A stretch of 39,385 nucleotides of DNA from a virus (lineage: Duplodnaviria; Caudoviricetes). This document shows, one piece after another, positions 1 to 14,733 of this stretch; the first letter of the stretch is position 1; every line of letters starts with the position of its first letter. A program made the translations under genes and the position numbers. The DNA lies in IMG/VR virus record IMGVR_UViG_3300032279_000249, positions 1 through 39,385 of that record. The stretch is one strand, 5' to 3'. A model generated the notes under the pieces. It was not told the origin of the DNA, did no database searches, and saw only the letters and a program-made list of their open reading frames with translations.

Positions 1-2757
<2,757 letters not shown>

Positions 2758-2786
2758 TCACTCACATATAACTTCGTATTTACTGG

Positions 2787-3125
2787 TTAAGTGTTCGCAC
2801 TTTCCACAACACTCATGACAATCTTGAGCACGTTGGAAGCATCTGCTATTACAGTGATACGATCCCCTTCCTCCAGCACCAGTCTGCCTGTGAGCACACT
2901 GCGTGCATCTTCTATGGGCACAGGACAGTTTTTAACAAGTTCAGTATTCACACCCTGCCGTACATGCAAAAATGTGATTTTGCCTGTATCTGATGCGCTC
3001 ACATTACTCACTTGTGCCATGAGCACGATGCCTGTAACACCTGTGGGGCAAGTGTACAATGTTTGAATTGTGCTTGTTAGTGATCGAGTGATGGTTCTGA
3101 ACGTGTTAAGTGGCAATACAGCCAT
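2787..3125 (-). CDS. Small conserved phage virion-associated protein
   Basis: 112-aa ORF with AAGGA SD-like site and TAAATA (3158-3163) upstream. Beta-rich sequence (LYTCPTGVTGIVLMAQVSN...LVLEEGDRI) lying between two structural genes. Confidence 0.75.
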   Translation of the reverse strand: MAVLPLNTFRTITRSLTSTIQTLYTCPTGVTGIVLMAQVSNVSASDTGKITFLHVRQGVNTELVKNCPVPIEDARSVLTGRLVLEEGDRITVIADASNVLKIVMSVVESANT

Positions 3126-3192
3126 GAATTGTCATCCTTGTTGGGTGCTTGTGAGAATATTTAACCATTCTCACAAACACGTATATGGAAAA

Positions 3193-6100
3193 TCAGCCAC
3201 TGGCTTCAATACTGAGCACGAATGGTGTTATAATACCAAACAAGCTCTTGGCAAACACTCTACCGCTCAGTGTGCCTGTGTTCTGATTGATCACCAACCC
3301 TTCACCAATTCTGAAGTCACCCTTGTGATCTGTACTAGTGTAGTAAACTCTACCACCCCTACGCATGACCACTTCATTCTCTTGAATGGGCACACCACCT
3401 GTTTGTGGCAGGCATGTATTGATGTCTGTGCCTGATCCCACATATTCAAATGTGTGACTGCTTGCACTTGCCACACTCACTTGGTACAAGTTTACAATCT
3501 CATTGTCCAAGGGTGCATAGTCGGTGACCTCTTCGAACGACACTGTGGTCTCTTTATTCTGAGTATTTCCTAATGCAAATTCACCAGCTCCCACCAAGTC
3601 AGCAGCCACAGCATCCACAATGTATCCCACATCTCTAGTGCACTTATCTAGTAGTGTGGGATTTAGTGGAATACCACCCAAATATGTGGTCACAAACGTG
3701 GCAGTTTGCACATATGCTCTCACTTCCTGTTGCAAAAAGGTTTTGTTCAGTCTCATCAACTGACTGGCTGATCTATAACCTGTTAGTTCAGCACCATCGT
3801 CAATAATTTGTTTGATCACATCAAAGCATGTGATGATGGCAGTGTCCACTGTGGCCAGATAGGCAGTTAACACTGTGTTCACTTGAGTTTCCAACTCCAC
3901 TAGGGCTGCTATAGTGGCAAACCGTTGTGCTGTGTTAAGTGTGCTAATTGTACCATTCCAGTATGTTCTGGCCACATGCACACTATTACTAATACCACCC
4001 TTTTGGATATCTCCTTCCAAGGCATCCAAAATATATCCCAAACCTTCCAGCCACAACACGGTCTCTTCTGGTGTGAAGGGAGGTGGAGGTGTGGGACCTG
4101 GGTAATTATCAATTAGCCACTCATCCATAATAATCAGTAGGGCAGATCTTTGTGCCTGTAATTCCACGGCTGCATCTGTGAATATCTTCTGTAATGTGGT
4201 TGGGTCAGTTGCACCAATGAATCCAGTAATATTATCAAAGAATCTGGTCACACTCTGCACACTGTCCACACCATCGGGCAGATCACTATCTGTTACTGGC
4301 AGCACAATGCCCTGGTATGGTGATCCCACATATCCCACAGGTGGTGTGGTCACATTCTGAACCAAGTTGAGTGCCCAATCTCTGGCATAATTCAAGGCTG
4401 CATTAGTGGCAATCACCTGACTGCTGGGACCTGGCAGGGGATCTAATACTGAGATGTTTCCTGCCCAATAAAATTTTCCAGCAGTAAAGTTGAAGCTTTC
4501 TTCACTTGCCATGGCTGGTTCAATACTGGTGCCAGTGGGCACCAATGGTGAGGCCACACTCACTGTGTAATATTTGGGATACAGATTGGCTTGTGCGATG
4601 GCTGGTGTACCTCCTGCACCCACCATGTCTCCAGCTACTGCATCCACTATGAGGCCCATGTATATGGAAAATTTGGTTTTGTCTTCCAGTGATAGTGCAG
4701 GAATTAATGCAATTACATAATCCAACGCCTTGGCTTGCAGGAAGTTTTTATTGGCCAACAACAGTTGACTGGTATTCTCAAATATTTGCAATGCTGGACC
4801 AAATACAGATGTACCAATCACATATGACATCATGTCAAAGCATGTGCCCACGTTTTCTTGAGAACGTTGACCACCAATCAGTGTGCTTTGTGTCTCCGGC
4901 GCCACTTGTGTTTGGTAAAACGCACCCAGGTATGGAATACCTGGTGGTGTTACATTATTCACCACAAGTTGTTTAGACCAAACTTTCAAGAAGGCAAGTG
5001 CGCTGAGTGTGGGTACAACTTCCCCACTACCAATCACTCTGGTTGTGCCTTCCCAGTATGCTCTGCCAGCTTTTATGCTTCTCACATAACCACCCACTTC
5101 AATATCAAGCGCAACAGCATCAATTAGTAGTCCAATATCTCTTGCACACACTGCTGGGTCATATGCAAGTCCAGGATATATCTCGTTAATATAGGCCACA
5201 CATTCTGCTTGTAGGAAGCTCTTGTTCAACAGTAACAGCTGAGCAGCATTATCAAAAGCAGTCACACTCACCCCATTATAAGGCTTGACTGGATCAGCAC
5301 CATTTAATGGTACAGTGTAGAAGAAACTGGTGACCAAATCATACATAGCATTTGTGATTGCATTCACTAACACACTTTCTGCACCCACTGGCACACTCAG
5401 GGCAGGATCCACCACTTGAGCTTCACCATTATCTGCAGGAGTCACAACCATACCAGTCACCAACACATCACGTGTGAGATTTCGCACACGTTGTGTAGCT
5501 GTGGTCATTATTTCATGGCTGGGTATGGGTAATTGCCCAGGATAGTATGTATAATATGATTTGCCGGTGGTGAAGCCCATGCTTTCTGCATCACCGCCCA
5601 CAAATCTCACTCTGGGCCCACTACGATAACTGGATCCACCGCTAGCCAGCTCTATGGTGTTGATACCCATGCTGAGGTCCAACAGGCACCCTGTGCCACC
5701 TGTGGGCAGCACCGTGGTGGGTGCTGCCACTGTGGCTGGCAACATGGAGTAAGATCCTGCGTTGTCAATGGCCACCTGTGTGACTTTACCGTTAACATCC
5801 ACAGCAGTCACATATGCTATCATGGAGGATCCCACACCACCTTGCACAGTGAGTATTTGGTCCACTTTGTAGCCTGCGCCACCATTGTTAACCTGTGCAA
5901 ACACGACCTTGAATCTGATCACACTGGCCCTTGCACCTGACCCACCGCCACCTGAAAAAGTGACATCTGGAGTGGTATTATAATTTTCACCTGGATTGGT
6001 CACTCTGACTTCGACCACTGTGCCATCTTCCACAATGCTGATGGCAGTGGCACCTGCCCCACCACCACCTGTTATTGTGATCAAGGGCTGTGCAATATAG

Positions 6101-9100
6101 CCATTGCCCTGACTGATCAATGTGGTGCCTGTTACTGTGCCTGTGAGTGAATCATACTCAGATCTGGCCTTTGATGTGGCAGCGCCACCGCCGCTCACTG
6201 TGATTATGGGTGATGTGTAGCCTGCGCCACCGTCTGCCATCACAATTTTTGATATCTTAAAGTCTATTACACAACTGAACCCTTTACCCAATCCTGATGT
6301 GGTAGTGGCTGCACCACTTGCAATGGGCAGAGTATCATATGCACCCACATCTGCAGGTTGTAAATCCCAGCCTGTGACCCTGCCTGCCTCGTCCACCACT
6401 GTAACAGTGATTATGGTGGGTGTGTCCCTTGTGGGATCAGGATAATTACCACCCTCAATATATATTTTATCTCCTGTAACATATCCAGCACCTGCGTTTA
6501 TTTTGTTAACTGCTTGCGCTTCGTAAATCAACTGGCTCACAATAGCGTTCTGTCCACTCACGTCAGATATTGTCACATATGCTCCACCTGTGTAGCCAGA
6601 ACCGCCATCAATGGGTATGATGGGATTAGATACACCTTCAGGCAGTTTGCCCGGTGTTACAGTGTTCATTTCGTACACTAAATTGACTGTAGCTGACCCA
6701 AATGCTAATTTGGCATTGTAAGGATTGGGTGGGACAGAATAACTTCCCTGTAAGGCCACACTCACTAGTTCTAATTCACCTGAATCAACTTGTTCCACTT
6801 TTATAACTGTTCGGCCACCACCTGGTGCTAAAACACCAGGATCATCAGGATCATACACAGTATAAAATTCACCTCGTGCATAACCTGTACCTCTATTAAA
6901 CGGATTCACTTCTGCCCAAACAGCCTTCATGGGTATGCGCACCTGTGCCTGTCTCCTGGCATATCCCTCAGGTGGCTCCACTTCGACTGTGGGTTCTGTT
7001 TTGTATCCTGAACCTTGATCAGAGATGGTTATATTTTCCACATAGCTGAATTCTGGACCAATAGTGGCCACTAGACCCACAAAAGGTCTGTCTGTGATCT
7101 GTTGTACTGTCACATTATCTGATCTGAATCTGCCTGTGCCTGTTTTGATTCGGCCACCAAACAACCAAGGACTGATGCCTTCTGCCAAGATTCCTATTGT
7201 GCCAAAGCTGGTGTTTGAATTACTGATGGAGCATGTGCCACCGCTTTGTACCCATGTGCCCACACTAGTGCAGATAGTGAATATACTCACCAGCTGAGCA
7301 TAACCTTGATTGGTGATGTGAATGCCTGGTCCACCCTGATTATACTGAGTGAACGCATCCAACACCATACTGCGTGTGCCACGTGCTCTGTCACCATCCA
7401 CTCTCATACCACCACCAGTGGTGTTGAAGCAAGTGCAGTTCTGCACATATGGTGATGTGGTGATTCTGCCAGCACCGCCTGGTATGCCTGGAGGCAGATC
7501 AGGATCGTAATAGGGTGGGAATGCAATAGAGTATCCATTACCATTCACACCAATCTTACCGCCTCTGAAGCTCACACCTGCAATATAGGTTGCATTGTTT
7601 ACCCAAAAGAAGTCTTTCTCAGGATTATTATAGAACAGGTTCACACGACGCAGGTTGTCACCAATAATGGCCACTCGTTCAGGCACATATATGGGGTTGT
7701 TCTCATAATAATTACCTGCTCTCACAAACACTGTACTGAAGGGCTTGGATATGGCACAAGCTGCTTTAATGGTCCTCTTGGCTCTGTCTTCTGCCAAACC
7801 ATCATTAGCATCATCACCATCCTGTGTGACGTAAATCACGTTTGTGACTGCTGGTGCTGTACCCACAGCAGAACCTCGCACAATCAGGTCCCCCACTGCC
7901 ACTTGTGCACCTGACATCACGGCAGTCAATCTGGCAGTGTTACGGCTAGGGCTGGCTTCTGCTATGATCTTGGGACTAGATGTGTAGCCAAATCCTGCCT
8001 GAATCACATCCAGACCAAACACACCTGCGCTCATGTTCACAGTAGCACCTGTGCCTGATCCACCCACAACAGGGTTCTCAGTCAAGGGTGGCAGGAAGGA
8101 ATATCTGCCTGCATCCACAATTTGTAGTTCATTGATCTCGCTGCGCATGTTAAAGAATGCGCCAAATCCTGACCCCCCAGTCACTCTGTTCAAAGTTAAG
8201 TCAGGCAGGATGGTGTAAGGTCCTCTGTTCTGCAAGAGGACTTCATCCACTTCTGTCTGGAACTCAGCCACTAGGCCAGAGCCTGATCCACCAATCAGGG
8301 TGTTCATGACCAGGTTGGGTAGTTCTCTATAGCTGCCCCTGGATACGGAGTTCAGGTTGACTACTTGACCACCCAGCACAGCTTTTAATACTAGACCACT
8401 TTTAGGAATGTTAACAATACTCACATTAGCTCGCAAGCTCTCAGGCAGATTGATTATTGTGAGTATGCTGGACGTAGCTGTGCTAACAGTGAAGTTTTCA
8501 TTTAGCACAAGCACAGTATTAGAGAGTGTAACAAATATATCTTCATACTCACTTGGATCCAACGTAAGCAAAGGGACTAAAATCCAGGAGTTGACTAACC
8601 CATTCGTAGTTGTTGTAAATGATACCATGATGGGGGTTGCCACAACCGAGCATGTGGCTGTCAAGCCTGAACCACCAAATACTTCCACTGTGTTACCTGT
8701 CACATATCCTCTGCCTGGAAAGACTATTTGAGGATCTCTCAATCTCACTCTGGTCACAATCATTGTGGCAGGTACAGGTGATGCACCACCCACCACAATT
8801 AGTTCGTCATTAGGTTTGTATCCCACACCACGGTTGTCGGGATCCACATTGGCTTGACCAATGCGCACAGTGTCCACTCTGAGTAGAGTGGGAGCCACAC
8901 TCACACCACCTTGCACAATCAGAATATCGTCAAGCACATAGTCCAAGCCTCTCTGGTAAGGCACAGCTTGCACCATGCCCATTCTGGCTTCTGCAACAGC
9001 TTGTACACCACCAGGTGGTGGGGGATCAATATTGACGCCTGGCACCTGTGTGTATCCACCACCAGGATTGTTAACTCTTATATCTGCCAATTGTCCTTTG

Positions 9101-10002
9101 GCTGTGAGATTAAGCACACCTTGGTTCAAGATGTTTGTGATTGTATCGTTGTTTACCTGTACTTGGTCCACTTGTAATTGATTTGCAACCAGTTGTGTGC
9201 CATCAAATGTTACGGCTGCACTACCACCAAACACTCCTGCATTGTTGAATTGTACACTGCGATCTGGGCCGTATGGATTTGCATAACCTGTGGGTCCTCT
9301 CTCTCCTGGAGGGCCGCCTAACGGACCTGTGGCACCCACAGGGCCAGTTGCACCAGTCATGGTGGCTGTGCCAGGAATACCTTGTGCACCTGTGGGTCCT
9401 GTTACCCCTGGGGCACCTGTGGCACCTGTATTAGTTGCAGATCCTGCAATACCAGCAGCACCTGTGGGACCTCTAGGACCCACTCCTGATGGACCAGTTG
9501 CACCTGTGGCTCCACCACTGGGTCCCATGGGTCCTGTGACTGCCATGGGTACCCAGTTGAAACCTTGATAAAACTCAATAGTTTCCAGATCAGTGTTGTA
9601 TCTGATCATGCCTCTTGCAGGTGGCAGCGGTGCGCCTGCAGGGCGTTGGGCTGTACGACCCACGGGCACTTGGAGTGCGCTGGTGCCCTTGAATTCATAT
9701 GCTCTGGCTAAATCAGCAGATTGTATTCTGGTTATTATGGTGCTGTTTGTGGGCCCATTAGGATCCGGTGTGGTTATGGTGACCACAAATGCCCCAGCAG
9801 GGTTTTTAACCAAAGTAACTGCATCATTTTGGATTTGCCCACGTAAGTTCAAATCAGTTTGCAGGACACTGATCTCATCTGCTGCCACCACCAGCTGATT
9901 TTGTATCTGAGAAAAGTTATTTCTCAAATCCTGACTGGGGTTATCACTGTTAGCAACAGGTACCTGTGTGTTGATTGCAGAAGGATCTATATTACTGGTC
10001 AT
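3193..10002 (-). CDS. Giant virion structural/fibre protein with short collagen segment, beta-helix (pectin-lyase-like) region and repeated GxGY-x-x-x-P modules
   Basis: 2269-aa ORF. It contains GMIRYNTD (fibre motif), a GPT repeat, [14 protein letters not shown]...AKRTIKAAC...[14 protein letters not shown] (typical start of a beta-helix region), SPYVQNCT and many NPGGGYT/DQGSGY repeats, similar to large myovirus structural proteins. Confidence 0.8.
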   Translation of the reverse strand: MTSNIDPSAINTQVPVANSDNPSQDLRNNFSQIQNQLVVAADEISVLQTDLNLRGQIQNDAVTLVKNPAGAFVVTITTPDPNGPTNSTIITRIQSADLARAYEFKGTSALQVPVGRTAQRPAGAPLPPARGMIRYNTDLETIEFYQGFNWVPMAVTGPMGPSGGATGATGPSGVGPRGPTGAAGIAGSATNTGATGAPGVTGPTGAQGIPGTATMTGATGPVGATGPLGGPPGERGPTGYANPYGPDRSVQFNNAGVFGGSAAVTFDGTQLVANQLQVDQVQVNNDTITNILNQGVLNLTAKGQLADIRVNNPGGGYTQVPGVNIDPPPPGGVQAVAEARMGMVQAVPYQRGLDYVLDDILIVQGGVSVAPTLLRVDTVRIGQANVDPDNRGVGYKPNDELIVVGGASPVPATMIVTRVRLRDPQIVFPGRGYVTGNTVEVFGGSGLTATCSVVATPIMVSFTTTTNGLVNSWILVPLLTLDPSEYEDIFVTLSNTVLVLNENFTVSTATSSILTIINLPESLRANVSIVNIPKSGLVLKAVLGGQVVNLNSVSRGSYRELPNLVMNTLIGGSGSGLVAEFQTEVDEVLLQNRGPYTILPDLTLNRVTGGSGFGAFFNMRSEINELQIVDAGRYSFLPPLTENPVVGGSGTGATVNMSAGVFGLDVIQAGFGYTSSPKIIAEASPSRNTARLTAVMSGAQVAVGDLIVRGSAVGTAPAVTNVIYVTQDGDDANDGLAEDRAKRTIKAACAISKPFSTVFVRAGNYYENNPIYVPERVAIIGDNLRRVNLFYNNPEKDFFWVNNATYIAGVSFRGGKIGVNGNGYSIAFPPYYDPDLPPGIPGGAGRITTSPYVQNCTCFNTTGGGMRVDGDRARGTRSMVLDAFTQYNQGGPGIHITNQGYAQLVSIFTICTSVGTWVQSGGTCSISNSNTSFGTIGILAEGISPWLFGGRIKTGTGRFRSDNVTVQQITDRPFVGLVATIGPEFSYVENITISDQGSGYKTEPTVEVEPPEGYARRQAQVRIPMKAVWAEVNPFNRGTGYARGEFYTVYDPDDPGVLAPGGGRTVIKVEQVDSGELELVSVALQGSYSVPPNPYNAKLAFGSATVNLVYEMNTVTPGKLPEGVSNPIIPIDGGSGYTGGAYVTISDVSGQNAIVSQLIYEAQAVNKINAGAGYVTGDKIYIEGGNYPDPTRDTPTIITVTVVDEAGRVTGWDLQPADVGAYDTLPIASGAATTTSGLGKGFSCVIDFKISKIVMADGGAGYTSPIITVSGGGAATSKARSEYDSLTGTVTGTTLISQGNGYIAQPLITITGGGGAGATAISIVEDGTVVEVRVTNPGENYNTTPDVTFSGGGGSGARASVIRFKVVFAQVNNGGAGYKVDQILTVQGGVGSSMIAYVTAVDVNGKVTQVAIDNAGSYSMLPATVAAPTTVLPTGGTGCLLDLSMGINTIELASGGSSYRSGPRVRFVGGDAESMGFTTGKSYYTYYPGQLPIPSHEIMTTATQRVRNLTRDVLVTGMVVTPADNGEAQVVDPALSVPVGAESVLVNAITNAMYDLVTSFFYTVPLNGADPVKPYNGVSVTAFDNAAQLLLLNKSFLQAECVAYINEIYPGLAYDPAVCARDIGLLIDAVALDIEVGGYVRSIKAGRAYWEGTTRVIGSGEVVPTLSALAFLKVWSKQLVVNNVTPPGIPYLGAFYQTQVAPETQSTLIGGQRSQENVGTCFDMMSYVIGTSVFGPALQIFENTSQLLLANKNFLQAKALDYVIALIPALSLEDKTKFSIYMGLIVDAVAGDMVGAGGTPAIAQANLYPKYYTVSVASPLVPTGTSIEPAMASEESFNFTAGKFYWAGNISVLDPLPGPSSQVIATNAALNYARDWALNLVQNVTTPPVGYVGSPYQGIVLPVTDSDLPDGVDSVQSVTRFFDNITGFIGATDPTTLQKIFTDAAVELQAQRSALLIIMDEWLIDNYPGPTPPPPFTPEETVLWLEGLGYILDALEGDIQKGGISNSVHVARTYWNGTISTLNTAQRFATIAALVELETQVNTVLTAYLATVDTAIITCFDVIKQIIDDGAELTGYRSASQLMRLNKTFLQQEVRAYVQTATFVTTYLGGIPLNPTLLDKCTRDVGYIVDAVAADLVGAGEFALGNTQNKETTVSFEEVTDYAPLDNEIVNLYQVSVASASSHTFEYVGSGTDINTCLPQTGGVPIQENEVVMRRGGRVYYTSTDHKGDFRIGEGLVINQNTGTLSGRVFAKSLFGIITPFVLSIEASG

Positions 10003-10144
10003 ATCACAAACTCAATAGTTTTTGATATTTATGGACAATGTATAAGTTGGATCAATTTACAATAATAACTAATGTGTGTAGTTTTAATCTTGCTATTGAT
10101 TTTAAATACGACCGGTGCCCAACTCTCACAAGGAGAAACCGCCT

Positions 10145-10894
10145 TTGACTAGAAGATTGAAGCGCTCTAATAAAGCCAATCCTAGAGAAGATCGCAATCT
10201 GCACAACAAGCAGGCTCGCGATAACATCAGTGATCTAGACCCATGCAACACCAATATGAAAAACAAAGTAGCATTAATTCCTAAAAATCTCAATCAAGAA
10301 ACTTATGTGGAAAAGCTGGAAGATCCAAACACAAATATATTGTTTGCTGTGGGTCCTGCTGGCTGTGGTAAAACCATGTTTGCCACATATGCAGGTATCC
10401 AGGCATACAAATCTGGTTTGTTCAAGAAAATTATAATAACCAGACCAGCAGTAAGTGTGGATGAACAGCATGGATTTCTTCCAGGCACATTGATTGAAAA
10501 AATGCAACCTTGGGTACTGCCCATCTTGGATTACTTTCACGAGTTTTACTCCAAGAAGCAAGTGCTGGACATGGTGGAGTCTGGTGTGATAGACATTGTG
10601 CCATTAGCTTACATGCGTGGCAGAACTTTTCATCACAGCTGGATTATAGGTGACGAGTTTCAAAATACCACACCCAACCAAATGAAGATGCTGCTAACTC
10701 GCATAGGTACTAACAGCAAGATAGTGGTCACAGGCGACATACAACAACATGACAGAGGATTTGAAGTCAATGGATTGAAAGATGTTATTCAAAGATTAAA
10801 AAACCGACCAGGTATTGAGCTATGCGAGTTTAGCTCACGTGATGTGGAACGCAATCCCATAATTGAAACAATACTAGAAATGTATCAAGACTGA
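10145..10894 (+). CDS. phoH: PhoH-like ATPase
   Basis: Walker A GPAGCGKT, IIITRPAV, GFLPG, LAYMRGRTF, DEFQN, LTRIG and GDIQQHD motifs. Probable TTG start at 10145 with AGGAG at 10131-10135 (ORF track starts at 10115). Confidence 0.95.
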   Translation: MTRRLKRSNKANPREDRNLHNKQARDNISDLDPCNTNMKNKVALIPKNLNQETYVEKLEDPNTNILFAVGPAGCGKTMFATYAGIQAYKSGLFKKIIITRPAVSVDEQHGFLPGTLIEKMQPWVLPILDYFHEFYSKKQVLDMVESGVIDIVPLAYMRGRTFHHSWIIGDEFQNTTPNQMKMLLTRIGTNSKIVVTGDIQQHDRGFEVNGLKDVIQRLKNRPGIELCEFSSRDVERNPIIETILEMYQD

Positions 10895-10895
10895 A

Positions 10896-10958
10896 TGTTA
10901 ACACCTTGTGTTTGGGTCAAATTGGGCACCTATCCAAACACAAGGGTTGACAATTTTT
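10896..10958 (+). terminator. Long hairpin after phoH, probable intrinsic terminator
   Basis: CCTTGTGTTTGGGT (10904-10917) pairs with ATCCAAACACAAGG (10932-10945), extended by TGTTAAC/GTTGACA, and is followed by ATTTTT. Confidence 0.65.
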
Positions 10959-10987
10959 ACAGGCTGTGGTATTCCATGTGATAAATG

Positions 10988-10995
10988 TATAAATA
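10988..10995 (+). promoter_or_regulatory. T4-type late promoter-like TATAAATA
   Basis: Exact TATAAATA about 25 nt before the ATG at 11020. The TAAATA core recurs upstream of many genes in this window. Confidence 0.6.
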
Positions 10996-11019
10996 CCATA
11001 AATTGCACATGTGAACTAT

Positions 11020-11529
11020 ATGACCATACTAAGAGAAAATGCATCCACTGACGCAATAGTCAAGCTGACATCTCAACCCAACCTGATTGACATCATGGTG
11101 GATGTGGAAGACTATCTGGATAATTCCAATTTGTATGTGTTTGACAACTGGATAAAGGGTGTGTTGGTGCGAGGTCCTGTGGTACGCAAATACTGGATTG
11201 AAATCACTCTCAAATATGAATATAAAATGATGCCTGATCCTGAAGGTGGATTAAGACTGACTCCCCACGGCACCATAGTAAAATATGAAAAGGCGCAAGA
11301 ACTCAGACCAGAGCCCATCCGCAATCCATCAGACTATGAGCCAGGCACTCACAAGCCTCGCATGAAGCCACATGATGTATGGTTGGTGCACATGTGCATA
11401 CCCAGACGATTTGTGGAAGCTGTGAATCAGGACATGCTGGACCAATATGATGAAGAAGCATATGACACAGAAACAGCAGAAGATCAAATCACCCAGGGTT
11501 CCGTTGTACAAGGAGTACCACAGGTATGA
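11020..11529 (+). CDS. Hypothetical phage protein (acidic C-terminus)
   Basis: ~170-aa ORF (GTG 11011 or ATG 11020 start) with protein-like composition and an ATGA overlap with the next gene. Confidence 0.75.
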   Translation: MTILRENASTDAIVKLTSQPNLIDIMVDVEDYLDNSNLYVFDNWIKGVLVRGPVVRKYWIEITLKYEYKMMPDPEGGLRLTPHGTIVKYEKAQELRPEPIRNPSDYEPGTHKPRMKPHDVWLVHMCIPRRFVEAVNQDMLDQYDEEAYDTETAEDQITQGSVVQGVPQV

Positions 11530-12254
11530 AACTCACAGAAGGCTTACGCAAGGGTGATTTGAACCATTTGATCCTGCCATTAATCAGTGTGGATGAATTT
11601 TCCAGTAAGATTGATGATCGCACAGTGATTGTGGTGGCATTTTACTCCTTTGAGGAGGATCCTGCACATGATCTGAGTAACTTCATAGAGAGGTCTCCAC
11701 AGAACGTGCTGGATACAGATGTGTCACCTGCGCCCACCAAAGAAGGGTATTATGTGACATTTGTGGAAATCAAACGTGATCAGCAATTTGTGCCCAAGCT
11801 GCTTCACATTGTGGCAGAAGTCAGTCAACTCACAGATGTAACACAATGGCAATTCACCAGTCAAAAACTGGCCAAAGGCAAAGTGGTTGTGTTAAATGCG
11901 GACAACTTGGAAAAATGGGTGGACTTAAAACCAAAACCCAAGCCTCAAAAGGGCACACTGCCACAAACTGATCAATTGACAGAATGGTTCACACACAGTG
12001 CACTCACAGACTTTGAATATGACGCACCCACAATCTGTTTGCAACGGGCACATGTTGATCATGTGTACCAAGTGGTTTCATTACAAGAACATGTGCCAGC
12101 ACAGGCCCAAGTTTTTACAGAGCAGGCTGTGAGTGAAGCCAGCAAATTGCAACGCATGTTGGATGGTGCATACACAGTTTGGCCCATGGGTGAACACTTG
12201 GTGGTGGAACATCATGTGTTGCAATCATATTTGGTTCTCAAGCAGAAGATTTGA
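11526..12254 (+). CDS. Hypothetical phage protein
   Basis: 242-aa ORF with AAGGAG SD, translationally coupled (ATGA) to the upstream gene. Confidence 0.8.
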   Translation: MKLTEGLRKGDLNHLILPLISVDEFSSKIDDRTVIVVAFYSFEEDPAHDLSNFIERSPQNVLDTDVSPAPTKEGYYVTFVEIKRDQQFVPKLLHIVAEVSQLTDVTQWQFTSQKLAKGKVVVLNADNLEKWVDLKPKPKPQKGTLPQTDQLTEWFTHSALTDFEYDAPTICLQRAHVDHVYQVVSLQEHVPAQAQVFTEQAVSEASKLQRMLDGAYTVWPMGEHLVVEHHVLQSYLVLKQKI

Positions 12255-12263
12255 TCTGATCGT

Positions 12264-12763
12264 TTGATCCAGCGGTGGAAAATACTGTATGTTTCACACG
12301 CTAATCATATACAAACACTGAATATGGCGGTAAATGGCACCCGCTGGCGGAAGGGATGGTCTCCATCAGGAACGCAAAACATTGGCTTTGCTTGGGCCGA
12401 CCAGGAAGCACCGCTACCTGCATGATGTGAAACTCTCTAGTGCGAGCCTGGTATAAGATTCTAAGACAGGAGAAAGAATCTCAAAATTATCTTCGCATGT
12501 GATGCATGTGTATAAAAGGATGGCTCTGACCTGTCATTGTCAACCATCAGGAGTGTGATGTAGAAGCATGAGGCCTGCACACACTTTACCGCTGTGGAAT
12601 GCATAATTCCAGATTGCCAATCACATGTGAAACACATGTTACAAGTACCGGACAACCGCTTGGATCAACTGTTAGTTGAAAATTGGTGCCACATGCTCTA
12701 TAACCTCGCCAGACCAAGGCAAGTTATTGTGCTAATCTTCCTGTGATTTATTCACAGGGAGAG
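12264..12763 (+). ncRNA. Candidate large structured non-coding RNA (family unassigned)
   Basis: 685-nt gap without a credible ORF. Nested stems 12264-12276/12655-12668, 12290-12298/12626-12634 and 12324-12334/12585-12595, a crossing 7-bp pair 12335-12341/12685-12691 and about 9 local hairpins. Non-Watson-Crick positions are G-U on the + strand. Confidence 0.7.
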
Positions 12764-12880
12764 TATGTCTATCCCAACACCACCCAAGGAATTAAATATG
12801 CAAAAATAATCATTAAAACAAGATAATAAAAGCTACTTGTTAATTAAATCCCGTAAATCATGGAAATCTACAGAATCTGA

Positions 12881-12908
12881 TTGACACACATCATGCACAT
12901 GTTATTAT
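12881..12908 (+). promoter_or_regulatory. Sigma70-like promoter
   Basis: TTGACA (12881-12886), 16-nt spacer ending in TGn, then TATTAT (12903-12908), upstream of the gene at 12939. Confidence 0.6.
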
Positions 12909-12938
12909 GCACTTTGGACATAGAAGGATACATGAGCG

Positions 12939-13301
12939 ATGCATCAGGATGTGTGGATCAAGCTGGAAAATAATGCATACCGTAACCCTGAAGCCCTTCC
13001 GCAAGCTCCACGTAAACCCCTGTTGAGCAGAATGGCCACTCCTGCAGAAGTGCGGGGTTTTGCAGACAGGCTGGAAGTATATGATCAAGCCAAAAAGCAG
13101 CATCGTGAAATGCAGGCTGCTTATTATTCTCGCAGTGTGGCTCTGGAATCAGAATTCCGTATTGACCTTGAGGCACACTTTCTCATGACTGGGCATCCCA
13201 AGGCAGATTTGCTGTATGGAAAAGCTTGGCAGATGGGACATTCTGGAGGCCTTCATGAGGTGGCTGCATATTATGCAGATCTAGTGGAGTTGGTGGTGTG
13301 A
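12939..13301 (+). CDS. Hypothetical phage protein
   Basis: 120-aa helical ORF with AAGGA upstream and a GTGA overlap with the next gene. Confidence 0.75.
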   Translation: MHQDVWIKLENNAYRNPEALPQAPRKPLLSRMATPAEVRGFADRLEVYDQAKKQHREMQAAYYSRSVALESEFRIDLEAHFLMTGHPKADLLYGKAWQMGHSGGLHEVAAYYADLVELVV

Positions 13302-13945
13302 CCCAAATCAATATCACACAAAACATTAATGAGCTCAGGAATCAGATGGTGCCTGAGCTGTACAGTGAAAAGAATGTGCATGATGATCTCAAGCACATGA
13401 GCGTGGCTGAGCTGCAACAGATGACTGCCGCATCCACGTTCCCATTTTGGGTAATGACCTTGAATGTGTTGGGCGACCTGAATGTGAGCACTGTGATCAG
13501 AAGTGCTCATTTGATGGGTGCTGAACAGTGTGTGGTGTTTGGCCGCCGTAAAATTGACAACAGAGGCTTGGTGGGAGCAGCCAACTACACTCCTGTGGAC
13601 AAGGTGTGGGGTGTGGATGAGGATCTTAAACTACAAGTGGATGTGTTTGTAAAATATTGTGAGCACCATTCAGTTGTGCCAGTGTTTGTGGAACAGGGTG
13701 GTGTGAATGTGTATGATGCGGATTGGTGTTCACTACATGCTGGGTGTGAGTCTCAAAACAAGAAGATCATGCTGGTCATGGGCACCGAGCGCGAGGGTAT
13801 TCCCATGGACATCATTCAAGCTGGTATCAAGATGGATGGGGTAGTGGTGAGCATTCCTCAGAGAGGCGTTCTCAGGTCCCATAACTTGAGTATGGCATTT
13901 GCCATGGTGGCTAGTCACATGATTGGTCAGTTGGGCTGGTATTGA
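13298..13945 (+). CDS. SpoU/TrmH-family (SPOUT) tRNA/rRNA 2'-O-methyltransferase
   Basis: All three SpoU motifs are present: DLNVSTVIRSAHLMG, LVMGTEREGI and VSIPQRGVLRSHNLSMA. Confidence 0.9.
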   Translation: MTQINITQNINELRNQMVPELYSEKNVHDDLKHMSVAELQQMTAASTFPFWVMTLNVLGDLNVSTVIRSAHLMGAEQCVVFGRRKIDNRGLVGAANYTPVDKVWGVDEDLKLQVDVFVKYCEHHSVVPVFVEQGGVNVYDADWCSLHAGCESQNKKIMLVMGTEREGIPMDIIQAGIKMDGVVVSIPQRGVLRSHNLSMAFAMVASHMIGQLGWY

Positions 13946-13972
13946 TGTATGTGATGCATGGACCAATATCAG

Positions 13973-14001
13973 TTGACACAAATAAAATGATCCACTATAA
14001 A
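13973..14001 (+). promoter_or_regulatory. Sigma70-like promoter
   Basis: TTGACA (13973-13978), 17-nt spacer, TATAAA (13996-14001). Confidence 0.5.
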
Positions 14002-14093
14002 ATATTTGAGCATGGTGCTCAATCACACTGGTAATATTAAACTAGTGTGTCCAACTCCAAAACGTGCACAAATGTTGCACAAGGAGATCTAAA

Positions 14094-14285
14094 ATGGCTC
14101 GTAATATTGAAATTGTTCAGCGTGCATATGACCAAAAATTTGTCGTCTGGGCAGAAATCGATGATCCTGAACGGGATCGTGACTGGTACATCAAGAATGG
14201 TTTGGGTGTGCCCCAGATCTGGATCATCCTGGCCATCACACACACCCGTGATGCTGCTGTTAAGGCAATTAAAAGTGGTCGCTAA
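14094..14285 (+). CDS. Small hypothetical protein (63 aa, MARNIEIVQRAYDQKF...)
   Basis: Strong AAGGAG SD 7 nt before ATG 14094, with a promoter upstream. Confidence 0.7.
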   Translation: MARNIEIVQRAYDQKFVVWAEIDDPERDRDWYIKNGLGVPQIWIILAITHTRDAAVKAIKSGR

Positions 14286-14650
14286 ACACCACGTGTGAGA
14301 GTTTCACCAAACAGCTTTTTAATTTGCTGTTGGGTGTCCTCATCAACCCACACACATTTATCATAAACTGCATCCGTAAAAATCTCAGATACTTGTGACT
14401 GAGCTTTTTCTGCAGACTCTGCCTGCACAAATGCAGCCAACTTGATGTCCCATACAGGTTGTGTGACACTATCCCATTTGATATCCTGGGGATTCTGCCA
14501 CACTTGCCACACTTGTTCAGGATCCAGATTGTCAATCGCCCCTGTGGTTTTGGGCATGGTGCCTTTACTCAAGTACCAAAAGTCCCAGGGTGTGGTTACT
14601 TCTTGTTCCAGCCAAGTGTGCCAGGTCACATAGTATGTTTGTGTGGTCAT
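14282..14650 (-). CDS. Hypothetical Trp-rich protein
   Basis: GAGGAG (14655-14660, minus strand) precedes ATGATG at 14653/14650; exact start uncertain. The ORF fills the gap between convergent and divergent neighbours. Confidence 0.65.
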   Translation of the reverse strand: MTTQTYYVTWHTWLEQEVTTPWDFWYLSKGTMPKTTGAIDNLDPEQVWQVWQNPQDIKWDSVTQPVWDIKLAAFVQAESAEKAQSQVSEIFTDAVYDKCVWVDEDTQQQIKKLFGETLTRGV

Positions 14651-14733
14651 CATGCTCCTCATCATCATACAGATTATGTAAATAGTTATTGGGAGACACA
14701 TGCTCCTACCTGATTATCATCTGAGAGACACAC

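Noticed and set aside
12264-12763. tRNA, tmRNA, RNase P RNA or a self-splicing intron as identity of the structured region; ORF 12461-12655 (-)
   Set aside because: No cloverleaf or CCA end, no GAGGAAAGUCC, no interrupted flanking gene and no recognisable group II domain V. The 64-aa ORF lacks an SD and protein-like features.
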